Source of the DNA: Caldisericia bacterium
GTDB lineage: Bacteria; Caldisericota; Caldisericia; JAAYUI01
Direction: 5' to 3'
Assembly (NCBI GenBank): GCA_963674785.1
Contig: OY771555.1
Location: forward strand, 928,001 to 992,000
Length of the DNA: 64,000 nucleotides
The stretch's first letter is position 1, and each line of letters begins with the position of its first letter. Shown here piece by piece: positions 10,287 to 19,929 of the stretch. Made by a program: the position numbers and the translations under genes. Under the pieces are notes generated by a model, which saw only the letters and a list, made by a program, of their open reading frames with translations, did not search any database and was not told the DNA's origin.

Positions 10287-10867
10287 AAAAGACCCCCAAG
10301 ATAACAAATTCCACCAGATAAAATTAGATGAATGATTATCAGAGAGATTAGCTTCAGAGTAGATGAATCATTTTCGGTGGCGATCATCCAAAGGAGAATG
10401 TATCTAAATAAAACAAGTATCAACGCTGGGTAAAGTAGAAGAATAGCCTCAAAAATAGCGTTAGCGGTCAACCCCGAAAAAGGAAGTATTTTATAAAGGT
10501 TCCAGAAAATCTCGTGATACAGGAAACCAATCAAAGCCAGACCAAAACAGCAGAGCTGGATGAGCGTAAAATTATTTATGTATCCGTTTATCCCTTTTTT
10601 CCCATACACAATAAACATTGGAAGAAATATTGAGAATATCTGTGTTCCAAGAGAAAAAAGGAAGAGTGGAAAGAGTTTTAGTTCCGGGGTTGGAAAGAGA
10701 GTTATCCCAAAGATGCTTGGGGAAAGTGAATTTGAAAGAAGAAGTAAAAATGAAGCAAGGATGATAAATGCTCCAGCAAGGATCGATTGCCAAATTGGTA
10801 TCTGCATCCCAATTGCTTCCCTTGGGGAGATAAAAAGCATTTTGATTTGAAGGAAAACTTTTTTCAT
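10283..10867 (-). CDS. Yip1-like multi-pass membrane protein
   Basis: About 5 TM helices, N-terminal LFISPREA Yip1-like signature, coupled to both neighbours. Confidence 0.6.
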   Translation of the reverse strand: MKKVFLQIKMLFISPREAIGMQIPIWQSILAGAFIILASFLLLLSNSLSPSIFGITLFPTPELKLFPLFLFSLGTQIFSIFLPMFIVYGKKGINGYINNFTLIQLCCFGLALIGFLYHEIFWNLYKILPFSGLTANAIFEAILLLYPALILVLFRYILLWMIATENDSSTLKLISLIIIHLILSGGICYLGGLL

Positions 10868-11109
10868 CCACCTACCACCGAGAGAAGAAAGTTAACAAAG
10901 TCTGGTAAAAGGTCTGTTCTTTGGGTGATAATAAGAACTGAAAAAACGGCTGTAACAAGAGCAAAAGACCATCCAACCGCTGATTGAATTGGATGTGCTC
11001 TGTTGTACGATCCAATATTTTCAAGGGCAACCCGCAGCTTTGGGATGAAACTTTCACTTAGAATTGTTCCTGGTTTTGCTTGATTTATTTTATTATCTAT
11101 TTCTTTCAT
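10864..11109 (-). CDS. Putative small anti-sigma factor (single TM)
   Basis: Overlaps the ECF sigma stop; short cytoplasmic domain followed by one TM helix. Confidence 0.55.
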   Translation of the reverse strand: MKEIDNKINQAKPGTILSESFIPKLRVALENIGSYNRAHPIQSAVGWSFALVTAVFSVLIITQRTDLLPDFVNFLLSVVGG

Positions 11110-11629
11110 TTGAGTTCCCTGACAAAATGCTTTTCATTTTTTCCTTTGCGTGAAAAATTCTTGACTTCACAGTCCCAATTGGAATCTTTAGAAGCTTAGA
11201 AATCTCTCCCATTGTAAGTCCTTCATAAAAATCCAGAAGAAGCGGGAGCCTGAATTTTTCTGGTAGATTCATAATCTCTCTTCTAACATCAAGCACAACG
11301 GCATCATCATTTGGGTCTCCCCAGTCAATCTCAATATCAAGCGGAAGTTTTCGCTTGTTTTTTCTGTAGAAATCAATTGCAAGATTTTTTGCGATTCTGA
11401 TAACCCAGTTTTCAAAAGGAATACCGGGTTTAAGTGAGTGAATCTTTGTGAAAGCTTTAAGGAAAGCCTCCTGTGTGATTTCCTCGGCGATTGCCTTGTT
11501 CCCTGTAACATACAAACAAACCCTCGCAACTTTTTCCATGCAAGTTTTTGTGAGAGAAATAAACGCTTCCTTATCGCCATTTCTCGCATCCTCTGTGAGT
11601 TTACTCGTTGTTTCCAGTTCATCTGACAT
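11093..11629 (-). CDS. ECF-family RNA polymerase sigma factor (SigW/RpoE-like)
   Basis: Region 2 (AEEITQEAFLKAF...WVIRIAKNLAIDFYRK) and region 4 (EISKLLKIPIGTVKSRIFHAK). Confidence 0.92.
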   Translation of the reverse strand: MSDELETTSKLTEDARNGDKEAFISLTKTCMEKVARVCLYVTGNKAIAEEITQEAFLKAFTKIHSLKPGIPFENWVIRIAKNLAIDFYRKNKRKLPLDIEIDWGDPNDDAVVLDVRREIMNLPEKFRLPLLLDFYEGLTMGEISKLLKIPIGTVKSRIFHAKEKMKSILSGNSNERNR

Positions 11630-11648
11630 GTCATTTTGTACTACTTAT

Positions 11649-11676
11649 CAAACGAACAGAACCATGTGATGGTTCA
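11649..11676 (-). promoter_or_regulatory. Putative autoregulated ECF-sigma promoter
   Basis: Minus strand TGAACC-N16-CGTTTG, about 20 nt upstream of the sigma ATG; resembles the SigW/SigX/SigM-type TGAAAC-N16-CGT consensus. Confidence 0.6.
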
Positions 11677-11679
11677 AAA

Positions 11680-13017
11680 TTATTCATCACCCCAGTTTCC
11701 AGCTCCACCCTCTCTGGCAAGCACTTCAAATCTGGTGTACTGGTTAAGGAATTTGAGACCGATCATTCCAACTGGACCGTTTCTCTGCTTGGCAAGAATC
11801 AGGTTGATGATTCCTTGACCTCGTTCCTGTTCTGAGGCAGGACGGGATAGGAACATGACCACATCTGCGTCTTGCTCAATTGAGCCACTCTCTCTCAAGT
11901 CTGAAAGCACCGGTCTGTGGTCTTGCCTCTGCTCAACTGACCTTGAAAGCTGCGACTGGACAATAATTGGAACTGAAAGCTCTCTGGCAAGTCCTTTAAG
12001 TGACCTTGTGATATGGGAGACTTCTTGAGTCCTGTTTTCTGTTTTTGTTTTTGTGTGAAGAAGCTGGAGGTAGTCAATGATTATCATCTTGATGTCTTTG
12101 TCCATGGCAAGCTTTCGGGCTTTTGCACGAAGCTCAAGCACGGTCATGTCAGCTGAGTCGTCAATATAGATTGGTAGTTGATTTATATCACCCAGCTTTT
12201 TTGCCATTCTCTCCCAGGCATCTTCGGAGAGTTTTCCTCGCCTCATGTCTTGAGAATTGATCCTCGCCTCAGAACTTATGATTCTTTGGGCAAGTGACTC
12301 TTTTGACATTTCGAGAGAAAATATTGCAACACCATCGCCTTTTCTTGCAATATTGCAAGCAACATTGATTCCAAGAGCAGATTTTCCAACAGATGGCCTT
12401 GCTGCGAGAATGATGAGGTCTGATGATTGGAAACCTGCTGTCATCTTATCAAGATCAGCAAATCCTGATGCAACACCGGTAATTCCTGTTCCAGCCTGAT
12501 GGATTTCCTCAAGTCTATCAATTACGGGATTCAGTAGTTTGTTGAGAGCTGTGAAACCTGCAGATTTTTTCCTGAGTGAGATTTCAAATATTTTTTTTTC
12601 GGCAGTATCGAGTGCTGCGTTGGAATCAATATCATCAAGATAACCCATTCCAGCAATCTCTTCACCAACTCTGATGATGTTTCGAAGGATTGATTTTTGG
12701 GAAACGATTGTTGCATAATAGTTGAGGTTTGCGGATGTTGGAGTGGCGTTTGTTAAATCCATCAGATAACCCATCCCACCAGACTGATCGAGTATCTTTT
12801 GTTGTTTCAGTTCCTCTGAGACTGTGAGCATGTCCACAGGACGTGATGTTTCATAGAGCCTTTCGATTGACTCGAAAATCATTTTGTGGCGAGGCTCATA
12901 GAAATCATCCGCTGTGATTTTAACTTCGAGTTTAGCAAATCCATCGGGGTCGATGAGGATTCCACCAAGAGTCGCCTGCTCTGCCTCAATTGAAAATGGG
13001 GGGATTCTTGTTTCCAT
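11680..13017 (-). CDS. dnaB: Replicative DNA helicase DnaB
   Basis: RIPPFSIEAEQ N-terminus, Walker A ARPSVGKS, IIIDYLQL, SQLSR, LSDLRESGSIEQDAD and KQRNGP; no intein. Confidence 0.97.
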   Translation of the reverse strand: METRIPPFSIEAEQATLGGILIDPDGFAKLEVKITADDFYEPRHKMIFESIERLYETSRPVDMLTVSEELKQQKILDQSGGMGYLMDLTNATPTSANLNYYATIVSQKSILRNIIRVGEEIAGMGYLDDIDSNAALDTAEKKIFEISLRKKSAGFTALNKLLNPVIDRLEEIHQAGTGITGVASGFADLDKMTAGFQSSDLIILAARPSVGKSALGINVACNIARKGDGVAIFSLEMSKESLAQRIISSEARINSQDMRRGKLSEDAWERMAKKLGDINQLPIYIDDSADMTVLELRAKARKLAMDKDIKMIIIDYLQLLHTKTKTENRTQEVSHITRSLKGLARELSVPIIVQSQLSRSVEQRQDHRPVLSDLRESGSIEQDADVVMFLSRPASEQERGQGIINLILAKQRNGPVGMIGLKFLNQYTRFEVLAREGGAGNWGDE

Positions 13018-13110
13018 ATTGTGCCATATATTAGCCTGTAATTTTACAAAGGGCAAGCAATAAACCAAAATAGAAATTGAAACTTTTACAAATTATGTTA
13101 TAGTCTTCCT

Positions 13111-13851
13111 GTGGACTGGACTGAAAGCTATTTTGATTCATTTTATGCGGATGCCTTTTTGTCAGAAATTGACGAAAAAAGAACAAGGGCTCAGGTAGAT
13201 ATAATTCTTGCCAATCTTGGTCTCGATACTCCGGCAATGATTGCAGATATTGGCTGCGGACTGGGAAGGCATACAATTGAGCTTGCGAAACGTGGCTATG
13301 TTGTACAGGGATTCGATTCCAATGCTGAGTATCTGAAACGTGCGACTGAATCTGCTGCAAGACAAAACGCAAAAAACGCTTTTTTTGTTCACATGGACAT
13401 GAGGGATTTTTTATTCAAGGAAGAGTTTGATGCACTGATTTCTGTGTGGGTTTCATTTGGATATTTTGATGATGAAACAAATGCAGATGTGTTTGCAAGG
13501 ATGATCAAAAGTGTAAAACCGGGTGGCAACGTTTTTATTGATGTTGAAAACCGTGAATATATCCTTCAGCATTTTCAGCCACAGTCTTGGAAAATGAAGG
13601 GCGACACTCTGATTCTTGAACGAAGCAGCTTTGACCACAATAGATCAATGAATGTCTGCAAAAGAATGATTTTGAGAAAAGGTCAAAAAACCACAACAAA
13701 AAGAGAAATCAGATTATATTCAGCTCATGAGCTGATGGCTCTTGCCCATGCAAACGATCTTTATGATATTAAACTGCTTGGTGATTGGGAAGGAACACCA
13801 TACAGTGTTAGAAGTCCAAGACTTATCCTTACCGCTCGAGTTGGTTTGTAG
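13111..13851 (+). CDS. Class I SAM-dependent methyltransferase
   Basis: Motifs DIGCGLGRH, SFGYF, KPGG and SPRLI. Promoter TTGAAA-N16-TATAGT ends 6 nt before the GTG. Confidence 0.9.
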   Translation: MDWTESYFDSFYADAFLSEIDEKRTRAQVDIILANLGLDTPAMIADIGCGLGRHTIELAKRGYVVQGFDSNAEYLKRATESAARQNAKNAFFVHMDMRDFLFKEEFDALISVWVSFGYFDDETNADVFARMIKSVKPGGNVFIDVENREYILQHFQPQSWKMKGDTLILERSSFDHNRSMNVCKRMILRKGQKTTTKREIRLYSAHELMALAHANDLYDIKLLGDWEGTPYSVRSPRLILTARVGL

Positions 13852-13860
13852 GAGTTATTT

Positions 13861-16458
13861 ATGCGAAAACTGACAATCTTTCTTACTGTTCTCACAATAA
13901 TTTTTTCTTTGGGTGTTACTTATGCGGAGTATGAAAACCCGGATCATCATGGTGTATGGATTGAGGCAGAGACTGCAACATTAATTGGTTGTAAAGAAGC
14001 CTACACCGAAAATTTCCTAGAGTATAATTATTCAGCAAGCAAAGAGGGCTTTTTGAGATTAAATCTCTCACCGACTGATGAGCTTGCATCAAAAAATAGC
14101 ATTTCACTTGAATGGGTTATCAGAGAAAAATATGGAATAGATTTTAGAAGCCTTTGGGTTTCTGCTACTAACTTTGGAAATTCCATGCCAGAAATCTCTT
14201 TTACTGCTGAGAATATTGAAGGTTTTAATATTATTAGCCTTTCAGGTGATGCTGTTATGATAGAGAAGGGCTCATCATATGGGGATTTCACCTGGTTGAA
14301 GTATGAAATTCCTTTCAATCTAAAATATGGTCAGCCTACAACCTATAAACTCACAATGAGTATTCAAACAGACTCTCCTTTTGATATTGGCTTAGATGCG
14401 ATTTATATATCTGACGACAAATATACTCCATATTCAAAGTCCTCTCCACTGGCTGATGCAACATTCCAATATGCGTCAAAAAAACTTCAGATAATTAATC
14501 CCCCACTGACAACTGATTTCACTGACAAACTGATTGTAAAACCTGATGACTTAGTAGATGAAATCTCATCAAAAACACCAGCTGGTGTGAAGCATTCTTT
14601 TGTGATCGGAATAAATGGTGGAGTCGACCTTGGTGATGTCCAGCTTATTAATAATTTTCCTTTGGAAAACGATAACGGAGACAAACTTCCTGAGATCGAT
14701 TTTTCAATTGTTTCTTATATGAGAAAAAGATTTGCATGGACAGGGAGTGTAAAGGATGTTGTGACATCTCCCGAGTATCTTACGCCTGGAAATTCAGCCC
14801 CTATCAGGGAAGGAAAAACAGAGTTCTTTTGGTTGAGTGTTGATATTCCGGTAGATACAAAACCTGGAATCTACAAAACTCGATTACTGATTGATACAGA
14901 GCCTGTGGAAGATTTGATGTTCCCCATAAATATTGAGGTTTTGCCATACAAGGTTGACATTAATGACTTCCCAGAAAAGCTTGAAGTTTCAAAGCTTGGT
15001 TCAGTAAAAGTAACCGACAGAATAATCTTCCAGTCGATTCCTCATACTGATGAGGCGGTTGATAAGAAGATAACGATGGATGAAGCCTGGAAAAGGTGGG
15101 AAGCTGATCTTGAGGAAATCTCATCCCATGGTTTCAATTGCCTTGTTTTCAAACTTCCAACAATCAAAAGTCCAGTCTATTTTCCGGATACTGAAAAATT
15201 GGAAAAGATTTCAACCCTTGCCAAACAAAACAAATTTAAAAGATTGTTTGTAGATATTACAGGGGCAACAGAAGATTGTTTCGAGGTTGAGGGAAGATAC
15301 TTCCTGGAGGAATACCCAAGGGAACTTGAAAAAATTGCAAAAACTGTCTCAGATGCTGGAGTTGAGACTGTTTTGTATTATGATTTCGAAAAATTTGAAA
15401 CTGAGCAAACATCTCTTCTTCACGAAGCCTTTGATTTGATGGAGAGTAAACCTCTCATATCAGCAAGCTATTCTGAAGTAAATACAGGTTTTTCAAAGGT
15501 TGATATTCCACTTTATCCTCATGACGAAATTGACTGGATTAGGGAATCTAAAAAACTTTCAAATGGAAATTGGATTTTCGAACCGAAAGTCCATCATGGT
15601 AGACACAAAGAGATGAGACTCCTTTCTGGGCTTTATTCTCTTTCGTCAAAATCTCCAATCTGTGGAATCAGTATTTTCAATGTTCCATATGGAAATTCGG
15701 AAAATGATTTTGATATCATGCTTGATGCTGTTCGTTATACTCCAGGTGATTACATGATGGTCTACACAAAAGAAGGCTACGAGATGTATCCTTCCTTGAA
15801 ATGGGAATGTTTTTATGAGGGGCTTGTCGACCGGGCTCTGATGGATATTCTCCTTGAAAAAATTGCCAATAACACGAAGAGTGAATCATCAGTTGCTGCG
15901 ATGGAATTTCTGAAATTTATTGCTCCAATGAATGCCACTTTTAAGGATGTTTCAAATTCATTTTCACCTGAGGAATTAAGGCTTATAAGAGATAGATTGA
16001 TCGATTACATAATCTGGCGAGATGGTGGAGAAAAGGTTGAAAACCCATGCGTAAGAAGGGACGTAATTTTCAAAATCGGTTCAAAGATATTTAGATCAAA
16101 CGGCGTTGAATCCGAGATGACAGTTGAACCTGTGATCATTGATGGGTCAACATTTATTCCTGCAAGATATTTGGTTGAACCACTTGGTGGAACTGCATCC
16201 TGGGAAGGTTCAACTCGAACTGTAATCCTTGAAGCACTTGGACACAAAGTTGAATTAGTGATAGATAAGGCTGATGCAAAAAGTGATGGCGAAAATGTCA
16301 CCTTGTCAAAGCCACCAACAATAGTAAATGGAAGAACGCTTATCCCTTTCAGAGCAGCAAGCACATTACTTGGCGCAGAGGTTTCATGGAATGCACAAAC
16401 AAGAGAGGCAATCTGTGATTTTGACCTCGGAAAAAGACTTTTGATGGAGATTGAATGA
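13861..16458 (+). CDS. Secreted protein with glycoside-hydrolase-like (GH123/DUF4091-like) core and C-terminal copper amine oxidase N-terminal (stalk) domain
   Basis: Signal peptide; FWLSVDIPVDTKPGIY and PSLKWECFYEGLVD motifs; C-terminal PVIIDGSTFIPAR / PTIVNGRTLIPFR repeats; GGAG RBS. Confidence 0.65.
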   Translation: MRKLTIFLTVLTIIFSLGVTYAEYENPDHHGVWIEAETATLIGCKEAYTENFLEYNYSASKEGFLRLNLSPTDELASKNSISLEWVIREKYGIDFRSLWVSATNFGNSMPEISFTAENIEGFNIISLSGDAVMIEKGSSYGDFTWLKYEIPFNLKYGQPTTYKLTMSIQTDSPFDIGLDAIYISDDKYTPYSKSSPLADATFQYASKKLQIINPPLTTDFTDKLIVKPDDLVDEISSKTPAGVKHSFVIGINGGVDLGDVQLINNFPLENDNGDKLPEIDFSIVSYMRKRFAWTGSVKDVVTSPEYLTPGNSAPIREGKTEFFWLSVDIPVDTKPGIYKTRLLIDTEPVEDLMFPINIEVLPYKVDINDFPEKLEVSKLGSVKVTDRIIFQSIPHTDEAVDKKITMDEAWKRWEADLEEISSHGFNCLVFKLPTIKSPVYFPDTEKLEKISTLAKQNKFKRLFVDITGATEDCFEVEGRYFLEEYPRELEKIAKTVSDAGVETVLYYDFEKFETEQTSLLHEAFDLMESKPLISASYSEVNTGFSKVDIPLYPHDEIDWIRESKKLSNGNWIFEPKVHHGRHKEMRLLSGLYSLSSKSPICGISIFNVPYGNSENDFDIMLDAVRYTPGDYMMVYTKEGYEMYPSLKWECFYEGLVDRALMDILLEKIANNTKSESSVAAMEFLKFIAPMNATFKDVSNSFSPEELRLIRDRLIDYIIWRDGGEKVENPCVRRDVIFKIGSKIFRSNGVESEMTVEPVIIDGSTFIPARYLVEPLGGTASWEGSTRTVILEALGHKVELVIDKADAKSDGENVTLSKPPTIVNGRTLIPFRAASTLLGAEVSWNAQTREAICDFDLGKRLLMEIE

Positions 16459-19400
16459 AGCAGTTGATAGATGCTGTTTCAGATATAGACACCAATTTAT
16501 CCAGGTATAAATATTCCAAGAAATTAATCGAAAAACTTTCTGATTATTTGCATTTTCCTTCGGCAATGCTTATCGATTCAGAGGGTGATTCAAATATTGT
16601 TGCGGCACACAATATGACTGAGACTCAAAGCAAGGGAATCCTTGACTTGATTTCAAGATCAGGAATATCCTCTATGGTTGCGCACATCAATGAGACTCTT
16701 CCTCCACCATGGGGTGATATTTCTAAGTTTCATTTCAGATCTCTCATATCTATACCACTTAAATATAATAAGAATAGAGTTGGATATATTGTACTTCTCT
16801 CCCCAAAAAAACATGAGATATCAGAAGAAGATTTTGGTTATCTGAATACAATCTCCAGGATTGTATCCAATGGATATTCTGTTAATAAACTAAACTCGTC
16901 AGGTTTTCGAGGGGAGTGTTTTGCAACTATTGATAAAACTTTCCTGGATCAACTGAAGAGTGGTTTTTTGTCATATGATGCTGGTGGGAATATTGAATAT
17001 ATCAATCCGACACTTGTGGCGATGCTCGGGTCTCCTAACCCCGAAGAATCCAAAAAAATAAATTTGTTTACATTCCAGGGTTTGGTGGATGCTGGTTTAT
17101 CTGAATCTTTTAAACGAGCTGTGAAAACTGGAAATAAAGTTTTTTCAACGCATACATACGTTTCAAAGTGGGGCGTTGAGAGCTATTTTCATCTGAATAT
17201 CAACCCTGTAAAGGATGAAAACGGTCAGATTGTAGGTGCTCATGCCTATGTACATGATATTACCGATAAGGTAAAAACAAATTCTCTATTGACGGCGATA
17301 AATCGGACAAAAAAAGACCTTTTTGGGAAAAGAAATCTGAGTCTTGCGGTAAAACAAGTTTCAAAAGAGATTTTTGAGTTCATGGATGTTGATGATATGT
17401 TGATCTGTGAATTTGTTTTAGGGATGGATTATGGTGTTTGCAAGATAAAGTCTGAAATATCTAAAAAAGACCTGCCCAAACTAACAACAAAACAAACTAT
17501 CGATACCCATGAGATTGGTATTGATGAGCAGAGACTTGAACAGCTTATTGCAGGTGAATCGATAACAATTGATTTTTCAAAAGAATATGAAACAACATCA
17601 ATCAGGTCAGATTTTACACAGCTTCATGTGACACCAATCGGTTCACAAAATGAGCTTTTTGGGCTTATTGTGCTTTTCCAAAGAACTGGCAGAAGGATTT
17701 GGTCACAAGAGATTTCAATGCTAATGAGTGTTTATTCTAACTATCTACTCGCTGCGATAACTCAGCAAAAAGATTTGCAGAAACTTGAAACAAAGGTGAT
17801 TCAAAAAGCTGAGGCCACAGCTTTGGATAATTACCAGTTGCTTATTGAGACCTCACCCTTTTCGATTATTTTCTTTTCAGAGTCGGGAAAGATTAATGAG
17901 ATAAATCACGTCGGACATGAGCTTATTTCTGATTTTATTGAATCTGATAAAACGGGTATCGATTATCTTCCAAAAAAATTTCTGAAGATTTTTTCAAAAT
18001 ACTTTGATTCATGTGATGACATCTCAAAAATTGTCTCCAGAACTGAAACCATCACTTTAAGTGATGGTGAAATTAAATACATACGGTTCTACTTGAGGTT
18101 GTTGCCTGGACCAGGGCATAAAAAATATCTTTTGATCATCGAAGATACGACGATGGTTGAAGAGTCATCAAGCCTTTTATCAGATGAGATGAAAAGGGTT
18201 GAGATTGCAAATAGGTCAAAAAGTGAATTTCTGGCAAACATGTCTCATGAGATAAGAACACCATTGAATGCTCTACTTGGGTTCTCAGAGTTAATGCGAA
18301 ATGAGAAGCTGAGCGGAAAAGCATCTGAGTATCTGGAGGCAATATATACTGCAGGTGAAACACTTGACTATCTGACGTCTGATTTGTTAGACATTACAAG
18401 AATCGAAGCAGGTAAGTTGTCAGTTTATCCGGATGCAAATGATCTGAAATTGACAATAGATCAAGTTATTCAAATGCTTCGCTCGAAGATTGAGGAAAAG
18501 AACCTTGAGATTGTAAAGGTTTATCCTGACACTCCAAAAACCTTACACCTCTTTGATAAATCTAGAATCAAACAGGTTTTGATAAATCTGTTGGGTAATG
18601 CGATAAAGTTTACTGATAACGGTAGTATTGTCATAGGGTATAGTATTAGGTTCTCAGATGATTTTGATGATGAGATAATAGTTTTTGTTGATGACTCTGG
18701 AATCGGAATCCCATCTGAGATGAGGGAATCTATTTTCTCTGTATTTACTCAAATCAACAGTTCTGATACAAAAAGACATGCTGGGGCTGGACTTGGTCTT
18801 TCGATTGTCAAAGGAATTGTCGCCTCAATTGACGGGAAAATTCGTATTGTTGAAAAGAACTCTCCAGGAACCAGGTTTGAAATTGACCTCACTCTTGAAA
18901 GAGTAAATGAAAATGATAATGGTGAGCTTATTGCAACAACCGAGGATATATACGATAGAATCAGAAAACCTCTGGAAAATGCTTCATATAGGGTGAGGGT
19001 TGGAGGACTACAATCAGCAACAATTATTGTTATTGAGAGTGGAATCGATGAGATAACAAGGATGCTTACAATCAATCCATCTCTAAAAGTGGTTTCAATT
19101 GGAACAGAGGGCAAAGGTAATGGGTGGATTGGAATCAAAGAAAATTTCTCTTCCACAGAGCTGATTGATGCAATCAAAGAAGTTGCAAGCCAAGAGAAGA
19201 ACGAACAAGGTGATGTTGGTATTCTCAATGGATTAAAAATCCTGGTTGTTGAGGATAATCCCTTGAATATCAAATTGATAACAGAAATTCTCAATAATTA
19301 TGGTAGTGAGGTAACAGTCTCCAAAACAGGTGTTAGTGGTGTAAGCACAGCATCAGAAGGAGCTTTCGATGTTTGTCTGATGGATATACAGATGCCTGAC

Positions 19401-19922
19401 ATCTCTGGACTCGATGCAACCATGCAGATTCGATACAACGAAGAAAAGTTCGGTAAAAGAAGATTGCCAATAATTGCCCTTACTGCATATGCGTCAGTCA
19501 CAGATAGAGACAGATGCCTTACAGCAGGGATGGATGGGTATGTTTCAAAACCCATAAAAATCCCAGAGCTCATAAAAGCCGTTGAGGTTGCAATGGGTAA
19601 GAAAAAAACTTCAATCATTGAGAGACTATCTGAACAACTTCTGATTGCACCATTGAAACTGAAAGATATTCTTGAGGAATATGTCACAAAGAGTCTAGAG
19701 GGGATTATCGAGATAAAAGACTTTGTAGAGGCTGGCGAGTATAAGAAAGCCAGTGATGTTTGCCATAGACTCAAGGGAATGGCTTATTTTGAGCCACTTC
19801 TCTCAAAGATCATCAAACTCAGTGGGTCAATCAAGGCAAACAGCGATGAAGATATTTCTGAGCAGTTGACTGACCTTGAATGTGAATTCAATCGAATCCA
19901 AGAAGAGCTTGAAAAAGTATAG
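16455..19922 (+). CDS. Cytoplasmic hybrid sensor histidine kinase (GAF-PAS-GAF-PAS-HisKA-HATPase-REC-HPt)
   Basis: FLANMSHEIRTPLN, QVLINLLGNAIKFT, DSGIGI, GAGLGLSI, receiver LVVEDN...LMDIQMP and HPt CHRLKG. Confidence 0.92.
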   Translation: MKQLIDAVSDIDTNLSRYKYSKKLIEKLSDYLHFPSAMLIDSEGDSNIVAAHNMTETQSKGILDLISRSGISSMVAHINETLPPPWGDISKFHFRSLISIPLKYNKNRVGYIVLLSPKKHEISEEDFGYLNTISRIVSNGYSVNKLNSSGFRGECFATIDKTFLDQLKSGFLSYDAGGNIEYINPTLVAMLGSPNPEESKKINLFTFQGLVDAGLSESFKRAVKTGNKVFSTHTYVSKWGVESYFHLNINPVKDENGQIVGAHAYVHDITDKVKTNSLLTAINRTKKDLFGKRNLSLAVKQVSKEIFEFMDVDDMLICEFVLGMDYGVCKIKSEISKKDLPKLTTKQTIDTHEIGIDEQRLEQLIAGESITIDFSKEYETTSIRSDFTQLHVTPIGSQNELFGLIVLFQRTGRRIWSQEISMLMSVYSNYLLAAITQQKDLQKLETKVIQKAEATALDNYQLLIETSPFSIIFFSESGKINEINHVGHELISDFIESDKTGIDYLPKKFLKIFSKYFDSCDDISKIVSRTETITLSDGEIKYIRFYLRLLPGPGHKKYLLIIEDTTMVEESSSLLSDEMKRVEIANRSKSEFLANMSHEIRTPLNALLGFSELMRNEKLSGKASEYLEAIYTAGETLDYLTSDLLDITRIEAGKLSVYPDANDLKLTIDQVIQMLRSKIEEKNLEIVKVYPDTPKTLHLFDKSRIKQVLINLLGNAIKFTDNGSIVIGYSIRFSDDFDDEIIVFVDDSGIGIPSEMRESIFSVFTQINSSDTKRHAGAGLGLSIVKGIVASIDGKIRIVEKNSPGTRFEIDLTLERVNENDNGELIATTEDIYDRIRKPLENASYRVRVGGLQSATIIVIESGIDEITRMLTINPSLKVVSIGTEGKGNGWIGIKENFSSTELIDAIKEVASQEKNEQGDVGILNGLKILVVEDNPLNIKLITEILNNYGSEVTVSKTGVSGVSTASEGAFDVCLMDIQMPDISGLDATMQIRYNEEKFGKRRLPIIALTAYASVTDRDRCLTAGMDGYVSKPIKIPELIKAVEVAMGKKKTSIIERLSEQLLIAPLKLKDILEEYVTKSLEGIIEIKDFVEAGEYKKASDVCHRLKGMAYFEPLLSKIIKLSGSIKANSDEDISEQLTDLECEFNRIQEELEKV

Positions 19923-19929
19923 TTTGCAG

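Noticed and set aside
11680-13017. Intein in DnaB or a prophage-type helicase
   Set aside because: Normal length (445 aa), continuous motifs and no phage genes nearby
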